Shown here: piece by piece, positions 37,095 through 47,246 of the stretch | Layout of the letters: each line of letters starts with the position of its first letter | Numbering within the stretch: the stretch's first letter is position 1 | NCBI GenBank assembly: GCA_943356775.1 | Contig: CALRFU010000001.1 | Span: forward strand, 78,891 to 142,890 | Direction: 5' to 3' | DNA from: Candidatus Nomurabacteria bacterium | Lineage (GTDB): Bacteria; Patescibacteriota; Minisyncoccia; Phycocordibacterales; UBA2100 | Length of the DNA: 64,000 nt | Position numbers and translations under genes: made by a program | Notes under the pieces: model-generated | Database searches by the model: none | Told to the model about the DNA's origin: nothing | Seen by the model: the letters and a program-made list of their open reading frames with translations, nothing else

Positions 37095-40000
37095 CTAACG
37101 CACGATGTCTTCAGGTAATTTACCCGGCCAACGGTACACAAGTACCGGAATAAGTACGAGAGTGAGTATCATTGCGAACGAAAGCCCGAAGAGTATCGAA
37201 AACGCGAGCGGTCCCCAGAGCGAAGAGGCGTACGTGAGCGGAATCATGCCGAGCACCGTCGTTACAGTGGTCAAGAAAATCGGTCGCAGACGCGACACGG
37301 CAGCGTCGACAATGATATCGACAAACGGACGTCCTGCCCCCGTCTTCATGCGCTGGATGATTGCGTCCATGAGAATAATCGCGTGATTGATGATGACGCC
37401 TGCCAGGGCGATTACACCGAGTAGCGAAGAAAATGAGAGTGGTAGACGCGTGAGGGCGAGCCCGCCCATGACGCCGATGAGCGAAAGCGGCACAATCATG
37501 AGCAAGTATCCCGCAAAACGGAATGAATTGAACGATAGTACAAGAATGATGAACGTGAGGGCGAGGCCCGCCAATAGCGCATATCCCATCTCAAGAAAGG
37601 ACTTATTCGTCTCTTCGTTCTCACCACCTACCGATATATGTACGCCTTCGGGCAATTCCACTTGTTCCATCCGCTTGTTGAATGCGGCAAGCACTTCGCC
37701 CGGGGTCTTGAGAGGTGAGACATTGGAAGTAAGCGTCACGACGCGCTCGCGTCCTTCGTGATTTATTGCTGAATCTGAACGTGTGACTCCATGCTTGAGA
37801 ACAGAACCAAGAAGTATCGTTTGTCCGCTCGGCGTTGTCATTGGGATTTGATTCAGTGAATCCACCGTCGTGTTCGCCGCATCGTGTGGGTCGACGTAAT
37901 TCGGATTCAGATTGAGCGACACCACGACGTCTACATCACGCTCTCCGCCCGTGAGAGAAGTCGCAGCAAAGCCTGAGACCGCCGTACGAAGCGTGGATGC
38001 AACGGATCCGGGAGTGAGCCCCAGTTGCGCCAGTTTCGCGCGGTCGATGCTGAGAGAAAACTCAGTGCTGGCGTTCTTGTTGGATGAATCTATATCAATG
38101 GCACCGGGTGTTTGCTCCAGCTCACGGCGGGCAATCGTAATAGCGGCATCGAGCGAGTCGGCATCACGACCGAGATATTTTATAAGGATGGCAGCTCCTA
38201 CGGGCGGACCTCCCGTGGGAGCGGAGACCTTCACCCGACCCAAAGAATAATCTGCGAGTTTTGCTTTTACATCTTCGATGATTTCATCGCTCGACTCGCG
38301 CTCGCCCTTGTCTACAAGGTTCAAGGTCACGTTCGCATAGCGGGTGTCCGTTTGCGGGCTGTCGCTGAATGCGCTCGTACCTCCCACCGTGGTTACGATA
38401 GAAGCAAATCGCGGGTCGCCGTAGAGCTCTTCCTCAATCGCGCGCACCGCGATATCCGTCTGATTGAGGGCCGTACCTTGCGTCATTTCAAGCTCTATCG
38501 TAACGAATTCCGAATCTTCTCCGGGGAAGAAATTGGTTTTTACGATACCTACTACTGGCAGCGCAATGGAAAGAACAAAAGCGACAATCATTCCAATCAA
38601 AAATTGATTCTGCGCTTTACGATTACCCAATATCTGACGCAATCGCAGGTCATACCACGTGCGAGCACGCCGTGCATACTCTTCTTGTTTTTCCAACAGT
38701 CGGGAATGCTCACCGGTTTGAGAAAATGTCATCGTAAGGAACGGCACCAGACCAAGCGCGACAAATATTGATGCGATGAGGACAAAGATGAGGGTGAACG
38801 GAATCGAGGCGATGAATTGACCGACGATACCTGAAATGAAGAACAGAGGTAAGAAAAATGTGACGGTCGCCATAGTTCCCCCAATCAAAGGCCACCCGTA
38901 TTCTCGAAGTGCCTCAAATGCCGCCTGTTTTTTGTCACCGTACATACGTATACGCGTATGCACTGCCTCGACGACCACAATTCCGGAATCGACCAGAATA
39001 CCGATAGCAAGAATGAGAGAAAAGAGCGACAAGAAGTTGATGGTGTTGCCGCTATAGAGCAGACCGATAAAAGCTATGAGAAATGAAAGTGGGATTGAAA
39101 GCCCTGCCACAATCGCCTCACGCCACCCAATCGTGAGAAAGAGCGCAAGCATCACCAAAATCATCGTCTCGAGCCCTGTCTGCGTAAGCTCTCTCAAGTC
39201 GGTACGCACCTGATCTCCTGCATCGTTGGAAATAATAACTTCACTGCCTCGGAGGACCCCCAATTTCAATTCTTCAAGTTTTTCACGAACACCCGCAGTT
39301 GTACTCGTGACGTCTTGTCCGCGTACTTTGTACACAAAGAGCGAGAATGCTTGTGCGGAGGGCTTACCGTCCGTTGAAATACGTGAATATGATGTTGCTT
39401 TCTCCACGCCGTCGGAAACATCCGCAATGTCGCGCAGATAAATGATTCTGCCGCTAATATTTAATACAGCGATACCTCCAATGTCTGATATATCGTCAAG
39501 ACTGCCCTTGAAAGAGATGTTGTAGGTAATGTCGTCCACGGTGACAGCCCCAATCGGCAGAGATGCGTTCGACTGACCGATTGCGCCGACGACCTGCGAA
39601 AGTGTTATGCCCAAGCGAGCAAGTTCTTCTTTTTTGACGACAACCTGCACTTCGCGATTGCGCACTCCAGAGACGTCGACTCGCGAGACGCCTTTGACCG
39701 CCTGCAATTCGCGTTTGAGTTGATCGGCAAGTTCCGCAAGTTTTGCGTATGGATAATCAGCAGAAATAGAAATTATTTGCACCGGTTGGTCGAGGAAATT
39801 CACTTCAGAAACAGCTGGGTCTTTTGCCTCCTCCGGAAGGTCTGGTTTTGCTTTATCGACTTCGTCTTTTAGTTTTTGAATTGATTTATCGATATCTGCA
39901 GAAGCAGCGAATTCTGCCGTAATGATGGAGAGTCCCGGACGCGATACTGAGGTCAGCCGGTTGAGGTCAGTGAGATTTGCCAAACGCTCTTCGAGCTTGT

Positions 40001-40196
40001 TCGTTACCAAGCGCTCGATATCTTCGGCGGAAGCACCCGGTAATACAACCGAGATAATACCGACCGGGATTTGAACTTCCGGAGCGGATTCCTTGGTGAT
40101 GACAATTGCAGCAGTAACACCCCAAATAACAAGTGATGCGATAAGCAGTATCGTAAACTGCCTCTTTTCGATAAAGAATTTCCAGAAGGGGAGCAT
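37095..40196 (-). CDS. RND superfamily efflux pump (AcrB/HAE1-like)
   Basis: 1033 aa with 12 TM helices, two large periplasmic loops, and conserved TM4/TM10 regions. Confidence 0.9.
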   Translation of the reverse strand: MLPFWKFFIEKRQFTILLIASLVIWGVTAAIVITKESAPEVQIPVGIISVVLPGASAEDIERLVTNKLEERLANLTDLNRLTSVSRPGLSIITAEFAASADIDKSIQKLKDEVDKAKPDLPEEAKDPAVSEVNFLDQPVQIISISADYPYAKLAELADQLKRELQAVKGVSRVDVSGVRNREVQVVVKKEELARLGITLSQVVGAIGQSNASLPIGAVTVDDITYNISFKGSLDDISDIGGIAVLNISGRIIYLRDIADVSDGVEKATSYSRISTDGKPSAQAFSLFVYKVRGQDVTSTTAGVREKLEELKLGVLRGSEVIISNDAGDQVRTDLRELTQTGLETMILVMLALFLTIGWREAIVAGLSIPLSFLIAFIGLLYSGNTINFLSLFSLILAIGILVDSGIVVVEAVHTRIRMYGDKKQAAFEALREYGWPLIGGTMATVTFFLPLFFISGIVGQFIASIPFTLIFVLIASIFVALGLVPFLTMTFSQTGEHSRLLEKQEEYARRARTWYDLRLRQILGNRKAQNQFLIGMIVAFVLSIALPVVGIVKTNFFPGEDSEFVTIELEMTQGTALNQTDIAVRAIEEELYGDPRFASIVTTVGGTSAFSDSPQTDTRYANVTLNLVDKGERESSDEIIEDVKAKLADYSLGRVKVSAPTGGPPVGAAILIKYLGRDADSLDAAITIARRELEQTPGAIDIDSSNKNASTEFSLSIDRAKLAQLGLTPGSVASTLRTAVSGFAATSLTGGERDVDVVVSLNLNPNYVDPHDAANTTVDSLNQIPMTTPSGQTILLGSVLKHGVTRSDSAINHEGRERVVTLTSNVSPLKTPGEVLAAFNKRMEQVELPEGVHISVGGENEETNKSFLEMGYALLAGLALTFIILVLSFNSFRFAGYLLMIVPLSLIGVMGGLALTRLPLSFSSLLGVIALAGVIINHAIILMDAIIQRMKTGAGRPFVDIIVDAAVSRLRPIFLTTVTTVLGMIPLTYASSLWGPLAFSILFGLSFAMILTLVLIPVLVYRWPGKLPEDIVR

Positions 40197-40203
40197 ATCT
40201 TGG

Positions 40204-41868
40204 TTACTTTAGCTCTACCTTTTCATCTGCCCGCAAACCACGTGCGTCCGTCACAATCTGCATATCAAGCGTGAGGCCTTCAGTAATAACAACGCGGTCA
40301 CCCAAGAGTGTCCCGACTATGACCGGATGAGGCACAAGTTTATTTTCGGCATCAAGAGTAAACACGATTGTCTCATCTGAGCCGATTTTAATCGCAGAAA
40401 CAGGAATGCTAACTCTCGAGAGATCTTTTGCGGTCACGCGAGCGCGAGTAATGGATACGAGGACAGATTGTCCGTTGATAAGCGCGCCGTCATTGCCTGA
40501 AACGCCGATGCGGACTTCAATCTTCTTCGTCAGCGGATCAATAGCGGGCGCAATTTTCGTGACCACACCGGACACTCCCCCCTCGATTGCTGCAGTGCGT
40601 CCTGCGGCGATATCGTGTGCATCATTTTCGGTCACGTACGCGACGATTTCCAACGCACTGTTGTTTGCGACCGTGAGTACGGGAGACGACTGCTGGACAT
40701 AATCTCCGCGTTTGAGCGAGAACGAATTGATAGTACCGGAGATAGGGGCACGGATGATTGTCTTCTCCAAATTGGCACGAGCCGCCGCCAGACCTCCTTG
40801 CGCTTGCTTCAGTGCCGCTTTCGCCGCTGCGACATCCTCGACTTGTCCACCCGTCACACCTTGCTCAAGATTCTTATGTGCAACGTCAAGAGCCGACTTC
40901 GCTGCCACCAGGCCTTGCGTGGCACCGGAGAGCGAGGAGAGCGCGGTCGTGAGCGTCGTTCGTGCTGCTGTGGCTTCAGACAAATACGTCGCAATGGTGC
41001 TCGCTGAGGCACCGGATGTGCCAATGCCTTTATTGAGAGCACTGATGATCATGTCGAGGAAGCTACGTATTGCACGCATCTCCGTTTCTGTCGCGCTAAT
41101 CTCGACGGAAAGATTGGACGAAGCGGAAAGTGTCAGAGATGCGAGGGTCTCACGTTTTAAATATCCACTAATGACCGGTCGCACGTTCTCTATCTTCATC
41201 GAAAGTTGAGAGTCGGATGACGTGACGTTAAAGATTGGTGAGTGACCTTCAGGATTGGTAAACATCTTATCCGTGGTCCCACGTATGGCGTTGTCTGCCG
41301 TCGCATATGCGGAAAGTAATGTGTTCACTCCAACTGCCTGGGCAGCATCAAGCGAAGCTGAAGCATTTGTACGGTTTGACTCGAGTATCGCCCGCTGCTC
41401 ACTTCGTGCACCACCGGTAATCTTCGAGAGATTTGCTTCCGCAGCTTCGACGGCACCCTGCGCCTGCAGCACGGCAGCCCTCTCCGATGCGTTTTCAAGC
41501 TCGGCGGCGACGGAGCCCGCAGCGATGGGGTCGCCCAAGGTTTTATAGACCCCCGTGACTTGTCCAGAACGCTCAGCACGCACCGTGGCTTCTGATTTGG
41601 AACTTACTTGGCCGACAACAGAAAGCGGCGAGGTTTGATTGGATAATTCGGCAACACTCTTCACTTCGACACTATGCACTTGAGGCGCAGGAGCAGCCAG
41701 AGACTCCGAGCCGCCGAAGAGCGACGACACTCCAGCGATTACGAGTATGAGCGCAGCTGAAGCAATTCCGACTTTCCACCAACCGACACGGGAGCCCCAG
41801 CGAACGAAGCGTGGAAAAGCTGTGCGGATGAATAAAACGGCTTTAACAATCAGATTTTGGGGATGCAT
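40204..41868 (-). CDS. RND efflux periplasmic adaptor (membrane fusion protein)
   Basis: 554 aa with N-terminal TM, coiled-coil hairpin, lipoyl and beta-barrel motifs (IRAPISGTINSFSLKRGDYV). Confidence 0.75.
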   Translation of the reverse strand: MHPQNLIVKAVLFIRTAFPRFVRWGSRVGWWKVGIASAALILVIAGVSSLFGGSESLAAPAPQVHSVEVKSVAELSNQTSPLSVVGQVSSKSEATVRAERSGQVTGVYKTLGDPIAAGSVAAELENASERAAVLQAQGAVEAAEANLSKITGGARSEQRAILESNRTNASASLDAAQAVGVNTLLSAYATADNAIRGTTDKMFTNPEGHSPIFNVTSSDSQLSMKIENVRPVISGYLKRETLASLTLSASSNLSVEISATETEMRAIRSFLDMIISALNKGIGTSGASASTIATYLSEATAARTTLTTALSSLSGATQGLVAAKSALDVAHKNLEQGVTGGQVEDVAAAKAALKQAQGGLAAARANLEKTIIRAPISGTINSFSLKRGDYVQQSSPVLTVANNSALEIVAYVTENDAHDIAAGRTAAIEGGVSGVVTKIAPAIDPLTKKIEVRIGVSGNDGALINGQSVLVSITRARVTAKDLSRVSIPVSAIKIGSDETIVFTLDAENKLVPHPVIVGTLLGDRVVITEGLTLDMQIVTDARGLRADEKVELK

Positions 41869-41930
41869 ATGGGCAATACATATTAACCCACTAAACGCGT
41901 TTCGTCAACTTTCCTTCCCACTCCGCATCA

Positions 41931-42689
41931 TTATTGATGCGGGAGAAGTGCTCTAAAAAGAGACATGAGCACGAGACCAATCAGGAAAAACAACGCGTGC
42001 TTGCCGTAGTGCCCGCGTTCGCGTACAGAGCCAATCGAATGAGGAATGAGATCGTGAAAAACGACGATGAGATACGCGCCGGCCGCGAGACCAAGCAGAG
42101 GAACTTCGAGAGCTTCGAATTGTTCCAGAAGGAAGTATCCTCCAATCGAGCCAATCAAAATGGTGGAAGAGACAATGAGATTGTACGTGAGCGCAGTGCG
42201 CGCAGACAATCCCGCTTGCCGCAAGACGAAGAATTGTGATGTTTCCTGAAGCACTTCATGCACCAAAATGCTTATCGTGCTTACGATACCGAGAAGTGGG
42301 GACACGGCAAACGCAGCGACGATAACGACGCCGTCTCCGATGTTGTGTATCCCATCACTGAAAAGAATGCGGCCCGCATCAATACGTGAGTGGGTGTGGT
42401 CTTCCGTCTGCACATCATGATGATGGTGGAAATGCGGTATAAAACGAAATCCAACAAGCACGAGGACGACTCCTGCTGCCACCCACGGAAGACCTGCCAT
42501 AAGCGACCCTGCATGTTCAATAATCTCCTGTGATAAAGAGTATGTGGTCACCAGAAGTACGCCCGCCGCAAAACTCACCAGGAAGTGCAAATTGCGCTCA
42601 ATGAGCGGTCCTGCCTGCCGCCACGCAATAAGCTTCCCCGAAAGGGAGGCGAGCATGACGACGAATGATGCGGTAAGTATTTCAAGCAT
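41931..42689 (-). CDS. ZIP family metal permease (ZupT-like)
   Basis: 252 aa with His-rich loop (HHHHD..HTH) and ZIP signature HNIGDGVVIV..HEVLQE. Confidence 0.85.
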   Translation of the reverse strand: MLEILTASFVVMLASLSGKLIAWRQAGPLIERNLHFLVSFAAGVLLVTTYSLSQEIIEHAGSLMAGLPWVAAGVVLVLVGFRFIPHFHHHHDVQTEDHTHSRIDAGRILFSDGIHNIGDGVVIVAAFAVSPLLGIVSTISILVHEVLQETSQFFVLRQAGLSARTALTYNLIVSSTILIGSIGGYFLLEQFEALEVPLLGLAAGAYLIVVFHDLIPHSIGSVRERGHYGKHALFFLIGLVLMSLFRALLPHQ

Positions 42690-42707
42690 AGCGAATGGAG
42701 AGGGATA

Positions 42708-43277
42708 TCAAGCTTTCTTGTTACGAAGTATGAGCGGGAGAATTGAAATGGTTGCGCCGAGTAATCCCGCGAGTAATCCTACCCAAAATTCCATACGGAA
42801 TTTGAATGTGCTTTCATCTGAGCTCCGGAGAACGTTCAGCTCAAACTCGGCCTCCCCTACAGTTTCACCAAAATCGCCTTTGCTTGCGTCGTTATACCTC
42901 AGGTCCAACGTGTATGTCCCTCCCTTAGGAAACATATATGAGAAGCCGTTGCCTCCGAATTCTTGTTTTGCGACAGCGCCGGCAAAGAGCGTATTTCCTA
43001 CCCGGCTTCCGTCCTTCTCTGTAATGCGTACCCAGATATCTGTGAATGTAATCTGTTTTTGACGCGTCTCGTCGGCGAAGAGGCCAAAATCGAACCGGCC
43101 GATGGTGCCCGCATGAATAGAGGATTCAGCATAGTCGACATCAGCGATACGCCCTCCCGTTGTTGTGCTTGTGAACGTTAGCCCCTCTCCTCCGTGGGCC
43201 TGCGCAGTGTCTACAGGAACTGCGAGCACACCCGCCAAAGAAACGACAACAAGAGCGAATACCAATTTCGTGTACAT
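42708..43277 (-). CDS. Secreted/membrane-anchored hypothetical protein, predicted mature N-terminal His
   Basis: Signal peptide MYTKLVFALVVVSLAGVLAVPVDTAQA, then HGGEG.., about 150-aa domain, C-terminal TM. The start is ambiguous; the chosen start (and the longer ORF) overlaps the dgkA start. Confidence 0.4.
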   Translation of the reverse strand: MYTKLVFALVVVSLAGVLAVPVDTAQAHGGEGLTFTSTTTGGRIADVDYAESSIHAGTIGRFDFGLFADETRQKQITFTDIWVRITEKDGSRVGNTLFAGAVAKQEFGGNGFSYMFPKGGTYTLDLRYNDASKGDFGETVGEAEFELNVLRSSDESTFKFRMEFWVGLLAGLLGATISILPLILRNKKA

Positions 43278-43326
43278 GACGGATATGATAGCAGACGGCA
43301 GGCCGCCAACAAGATATACTAGAGCC

Positions 43327-43686
43327 ATGCTCGACAAGAAGGTAAATAGCTTGCGCAACGCCCTAGCCGGCCTCGTTGTCGCATGGAAGGAAGAGATAAA
43401 TTTCCGTATAGAGATAGGCTGCGGCGTTCTTGCGGTCGCGGCGGCATTGCTGCTCGGGATATCTCAGGCGGAGCTTCTTATCATTCTCTTTCTTATCGGA
43501 TTCGTACTCTCGGCAGAAGCCCTCAATACCGCTCTCGAAGAATTCTGCGACATGGTACAGAAAAATCACGACCCCCACATTGCGAAAATTAAAGACCTCG
43601 CCGCGGCCGCCGTCCTTATCGCCTCCTTCACCGCACTCGTGATTGGAGCCGCAATCTTCATTCCATACATCGCTGCCCTCTCATGA
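43327..43686 (+). CDS. dgkA: Diacylglycerol kinase family lipid kinase
   Basis: 119 aa aligning to E. coli DgkA blocks (SLRNALAGLVVAWKEE ; EALNTALEEFCDMV ; KDLAAAAVLIA). Confidence 0.85.
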   Translation: MLDKKVNSLRNALAGLVVAWKEEINFRIEIGCGVLAVAAALLLGISQAELLIILFLIGFVLSAEALNTALEEFCDMVQKNHDPHIAKIKDLAAAAVLIASFTALVIGAAIFIPYIAALS

Positions 43687-44231
43687 CCTCCTTCATTCAA
43701 GGCGTCGACATGCGCGTCCTTGAGTCGCTGTACGCGTTGAGGGACGCTCGGCTTGTTGACGTATTCATTGGGATAAGTGAACTGGGGACGGTACTCACTA
43801 TTTATGGACTTGCGGTGTGCATCGGACTCTTGCTGCTTTTGTATCGAAAATACGCTGCTGTTGCAGGCTTGGCTCTTGCCGTTGCGACAAGTGGCTTCGG
43901 AGTGATTCTCGTCAAAGGGCTTATTGAGCGAGCGCGTCCTCCAGTCTCCTTTCGCGCATACACGGAAATCTGGTACTCATTCCCGAGCGCGCATGCAGCG
44001 CTTTCCGCAGCTCTCTATGGGTATCTAGTATTTCTCGTTTGGACTTTAATCCCGTCTCGGAGCATACGTATTGCAGCAACAATATTTCTTTCACTCGTCG
44101 TCGCAGCGATTTCATTCAGTCGTATTTACCTTGGCGTACATTATCTGAGTGATGTGGTGGCCGGAGTGCTGCTCGGGGCTTTCTGCGCATGGCTAGGATA
44201 CCGCTGGCTGACCTTCGCGCGTAGCTCATGA
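43683..44231 (+). CDS. PAP2 family phosphatase
   Basis: 182 aa with PAP2 motifs KGLIERARP, PSAHA, SRIYLGVHYLSDV. Confidence 0.8.
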   Translation: MTSFIQGVDMRVLESLYALRDARLVDVFIGISELGTVLTIYGLAVCIGLLLLLYRKYAAVAGLALAVATSGFGVILVKGLIERARPPVSFRAYTEIWYSFPSAHAALSAALYGYLVFLVWTLIPSRSIRIAATIFLSLVVAAISFSRIYLGVHYLSDVVAGVLLGAFCAWLGYRWLTFARSS

Positions 44232-44995
44232 CACCGCTCGACGCACTTATTCTCGGTATTGTAGAAGGAATAACGGAATTCCTTCCTATTTCCTCAACTG
44301 GACATCTTATCCTCGCAAGTTCCCTCCTCGGTATTACCAACTCGGAATTTCTCAAGAGTTTTGAGATAGCTATACAGTTGGGAGCAATTCTTGCTGTCGT
44401 TGTATTGTATTGGCGTTCTTTTCTCGATATAGAAATCCTCAAGCGCATCGCCGTAGGATTTATTCCGACAGGAATTATCGGACTCGCCTTCTACAAAGTC
44501 GCAAAAACTTACCTTTTGGGAAATGAGTTGGTAGTGGTGGTGGCACTCGCGGTTGGAGGTATTGCACTTATCGTATTTGAGCTTCTCCATACAGAAGAGT
44601 CGAGTGCGACGGAAGGCCTGCAACACGTCACGTATGGACAGGCCGCGCTTGTCGGACTCTTCCAATCTGTAGCTATCATCCCCGGTGTATCACGCTCCGC
44701 GGCGACTATTCTCGGCGGGCTCCTCATCGGCATCAAGCGGGCGACCATCGTGGAATTCTCCTTCCTCCTTGCGGTACCAACGATGGGTGCCGCGACAGGG
44801 CTCGACCTCGTCAAAAACGCCGGCTCCTTCTCGGCGAATCAATTTCTTCCGCTTGCTGTCGGGTTCGTGGTTTCATTCTTCGTTGCACTTCTCGCAATAC
44901 AATTCCTTCTTGGGTTTGTTCGCAATCGTTCATTCATCGCATTCGGTGTGTATCGCATAGTCATTGCCATTCTGTTTTTCTTCCTTGTTCTGTAA
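44228..44995 (+). CDS. uppP: Undecaprenyl-diphosphatase
   Basis: 255 aa; LGIVEGITEFLPISSTGHLIL and second PGVSRSAATI motif are typical of BacA/UppP. Confidence 0.9.
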   Translation: MTPLDALILGIVEGITEFLPISSTGHLILASSLLGITNSEFLKSFEIAIQLGAILAVVVLYWRSFLDIEILKRIAVGFIPTGIIGLAFYKVAKTYLLGNELVVVVALAVGGIALIVFELLHTEESSATEGLQHVTYGQAALVGLFQSVAIIPGVSRSAATILGGLLIGIKRATIVEFSFLLAVPTMGAATGLDLVKNAGSFSANQFLPLAVGFVVSFFVALLAIQFLLGFVRNRSFIAFGVYRIVIAILFFFLVL

Positions 44996-45007
44996 TTCCA
45001 AAGCAAC

Positions 45008-45032
45008 GGCCCCCATGCATCGCATGGGGGCC
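45008..45032. terminator. Perfect GC hairpin between convergent uppP and GNAT genes
   Basis: GGCCCCCATGC-ATC-GCATGGGGGCC: 11-bp perfect stem; flanks only weakly T-rich. Confidence 0.4.
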
Positions 45033-45046
45033 AGAGCACCAAACGC

Positions 45047-45676
45047 TTACAGCGGCTTCTCTCGGTAGATTTGCCCGTAGTGAGTTGCCGCGCCATTGTA
45101 CAAAACCCTCGGATCGAGATCACGGGGATCAATGACGCGGAACCCTAACTTCTCGTACAGGACCTGAGCCTTGGATTGGCTCGGGAGATCCGTCGTGTGC
45201 AACCGCAACACAGTGTATCCCTTGAGTCTGGCCGTTGAGATCGTCCACTCAAGAAATCTCTTTCCGAGCTTTTGACCTCGCTGGGTCGGATCCAGACAAA
45301 ACCATCCAAGCCATGCTACTTCCGGCTCGTCGAGCGTTTTGTGTTGCAAACCGGTGAGTCCGACAACACTCTGCCGCTTTTTGAGTACCCAGTGCTCCTG
45401 ACTATCGAGTCCTAGTGCCGTCATCGCTTCCCTGTAGGTTGTAGGGTCGATAGTCGCACGATACTCGATCTCTGGACTTTCCGGCAAATCACGACACTGC
45501 GGAAAAACACTGTTTGCCAAAACGATGGCCGACTGTAGAGTCTCCCTCGTAAGAAGTTCGAGGGAAAGTTTGTCCGCCTCATTTCCTCCAAAAACCGGGG
45601 GGGTCTTCACTTCGGCGTTCACGATATGCTCCGTTCGTTCCACCTTATTTCCGCACCACAGCGGCACGGATTCCAC
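45047..45676 (-). CDS. GNAT family N-acetyltransferase
   Basis: 209 aa with GNAT motif A (QRGQKLGKRFLEWTI). Confidence 0.75.
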   Translation of the reverse strand: MESVPLWCGNKVERTEHIVNAEVKTPPVFGGNEADKLSLELLTRETLQSAIVLANSVFPQCRDLPESPEIEYRATIDPTTYREAMTALGLDSQEHWVLKKRQSVVGLTGLQHKTLDEPEVAWLGWFCLDPTQRGQKLGKRFLEWTISTARLKGYTVLRLHTTDLPSQSKAQVLYEKLGFRVIDPRDLDPRVLYNGAATHYGQIYREKPL

Positions 45677-45754
45677 TCTCGATTATGACATCTCTCGGTA
45701 CACCTATTGGTAGCAAAAATAAAAACTGTGAACTGTCCGCTCTGGTACGTGAGA

Positions 45755-46666
45755 CTAGATTTCCTTTCCCGTGAGCATTGTCTTCAAAAGTGCCATGCGG
45801 ACGATAAGCCCATATCCTACTTGCTTGAAATACACAGCATGCGGTGATGCGTCGACAGCCTCCTCTATCTCACCGACGCGCGGAAGCGGGTGAATGATAA
45901 TAGCCCCCTCCTTCATGTGGTCGGCCACATCGCGGGTAATAATATAGCGCCCGCGCTGTTTTTCGTACTCCTCATCGTTCTTTATCCATTCCTTTGCGAT
46001 GCGTGTTTGGTAGACCACATCAGCATCGCGGATACCCTCCGTCATGTCTTCGGTCTCAATAAAGGGGATATTGTTCTCCTTGAGATGATTCTTAACGTCA
46101 TCCTCCATGCGCAATTCGGGTGACGAAATAAAAGTAACCCGCATACCATTATATTTACTCAAGAGATACGCGAGTGAGCGCGGCGAGCGGTAATACTTCA
46201 AATTACCCACAACCGCGACATGTATATCATCTTCGCGTTTCAATTCACGCTGGATAGTGTAGAGGTCGAGGAGTGCTTGCGTCGGATGCTGACCCATGTT
46301 GCCGTCTCCCGCATTGATGACGGGAACCTTCGAGACGGCTGCGGCCCGCGTCGCCGAACCTACCTCCCCGTGGCGCATGACGATAATGTCGGCATATTGG
46401 CTGACAACTTTTATTGAATCTTCCAGTGTTTCCCCCTTTGACTGCGAGGAAGATTCGCCGCTTTCTACCGTTATAACGTTGCCGCCGAGCCGCATCATTG
46501 CCGATTCGAAGGAAAGACGTGTCCGCGTTGAAGAAGCAAAGAAAAGCGAAGCGAGTATCTTGCCTTTAAATGATTCATCGCGCTTGTCTTCGAGAGACGT
46601 GGCGAGTTCGAAGAGGCGCTTGAGAGATGCGCGGTCAAACTGCTGAGTTTCTACGAGGTGTTGCAT
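45755..46666 (-). CDS. pyrB: Aspartate carbamoyltransferase catalytic subunit
   Basis: 303 aa with STRTR, HPTQALLD and HPLPR motifs (ATCase-type, not OTCase). Confidence 0.85.
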   Translation of the reverse strand: MQHLVETQQFDRASLKRLFELATSLEDKRDESFKGKILASLFFASSTRTRLSFESAMMRLGGNVITVESGESSSQSKGETLEDSIKVVSQYADIIVMRHGEVGSATRAAAVSKVPVINAGDGNMGQHPTQALLDLYTIQRELKREDDIHVAVVGNLKYYRSPRSLAYLLSKYNGMRVTFISSPELRMEDDVKNHLKENNIPFIETEDMTEGIRDADVVYQTRIAKEWIKNDEEYEKQRGRYIITRDVADHMKEGAIIIHPLPRVGEIEEAVDASPHAVYFKQVGYGLIVRMALLKTMLTGKEI

Positions 46667-46682
46667 TGAAAATCAGTGTAGA

Positions 46683-47231
46683 CTATTTTTCTACCATCGC
46701 AACAGCCCGGGTGCGCAAGAACGTGAGTTCAAATCGCTCATTCTGTACCACCCAACGATACAAAGCAGGACTCAGAAGCACAGAGAAAACGATCGTACCC
46801 GTCAGGTGCATCAAGGTAAAAGGAATTTGACCTGTAAATGCGACTACCAACGATTGGTTCATAAAAATAGGGCCTATCGTCATAGTGACGGCATCGTAGA
46901 CCACGGTTGCTGGGATACCGAAGAGAAGGAAATTTTTGACCGAAGCGTCACGATTTTTGAAAAAGAGATGCGCTGCAACACCGAGAAGACCGTAGCAGAT
47001 TGCGGTCACGGCAGTCCAACTTCCCCACCCGCTTGTGATTGCGTCATAGAGAACGATACCCAAGAAGCCGAAAAAAAAGCTGCCCAGGATACCGTAGCGT
47101 TTTGAAAACGGCATCACCGTAGCGAGCATCGGCTCGAAGTTTGGCGGACGGAATGGTATCAGGCGGAAGAGAAATACCGCACTCCAGCCGATGAGGAACT
47201 TGAAAGAAGCGCTGGATATCGAGAAGTTCAT
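46683..47231 (-). CDS. Membrane protein, possible ECF-type transporter S component
   Basis: 182 aa with 5-6 TM helices. Family assignment weak. Confidence 0.35.
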   Translation of the reverse strand: MNFSISSASFKFLIGWSAVFLFRLIPFRPPNFEPMLATVMPFSKRYGILGSFFFGFLGIVLYDAITSGWGSWTAVTAICYGLLGVAAHLFFKNRDASVKNFLLFGIPATVVYDAVTMTIGPIFMNQSLVVAFTGQIPFTLMHLTGTIVFSVLLSPALYRWVVQNERFELTFLRTRAVAMVEK

Positions 47232-47246
47232 AGGAATACTATCGTA

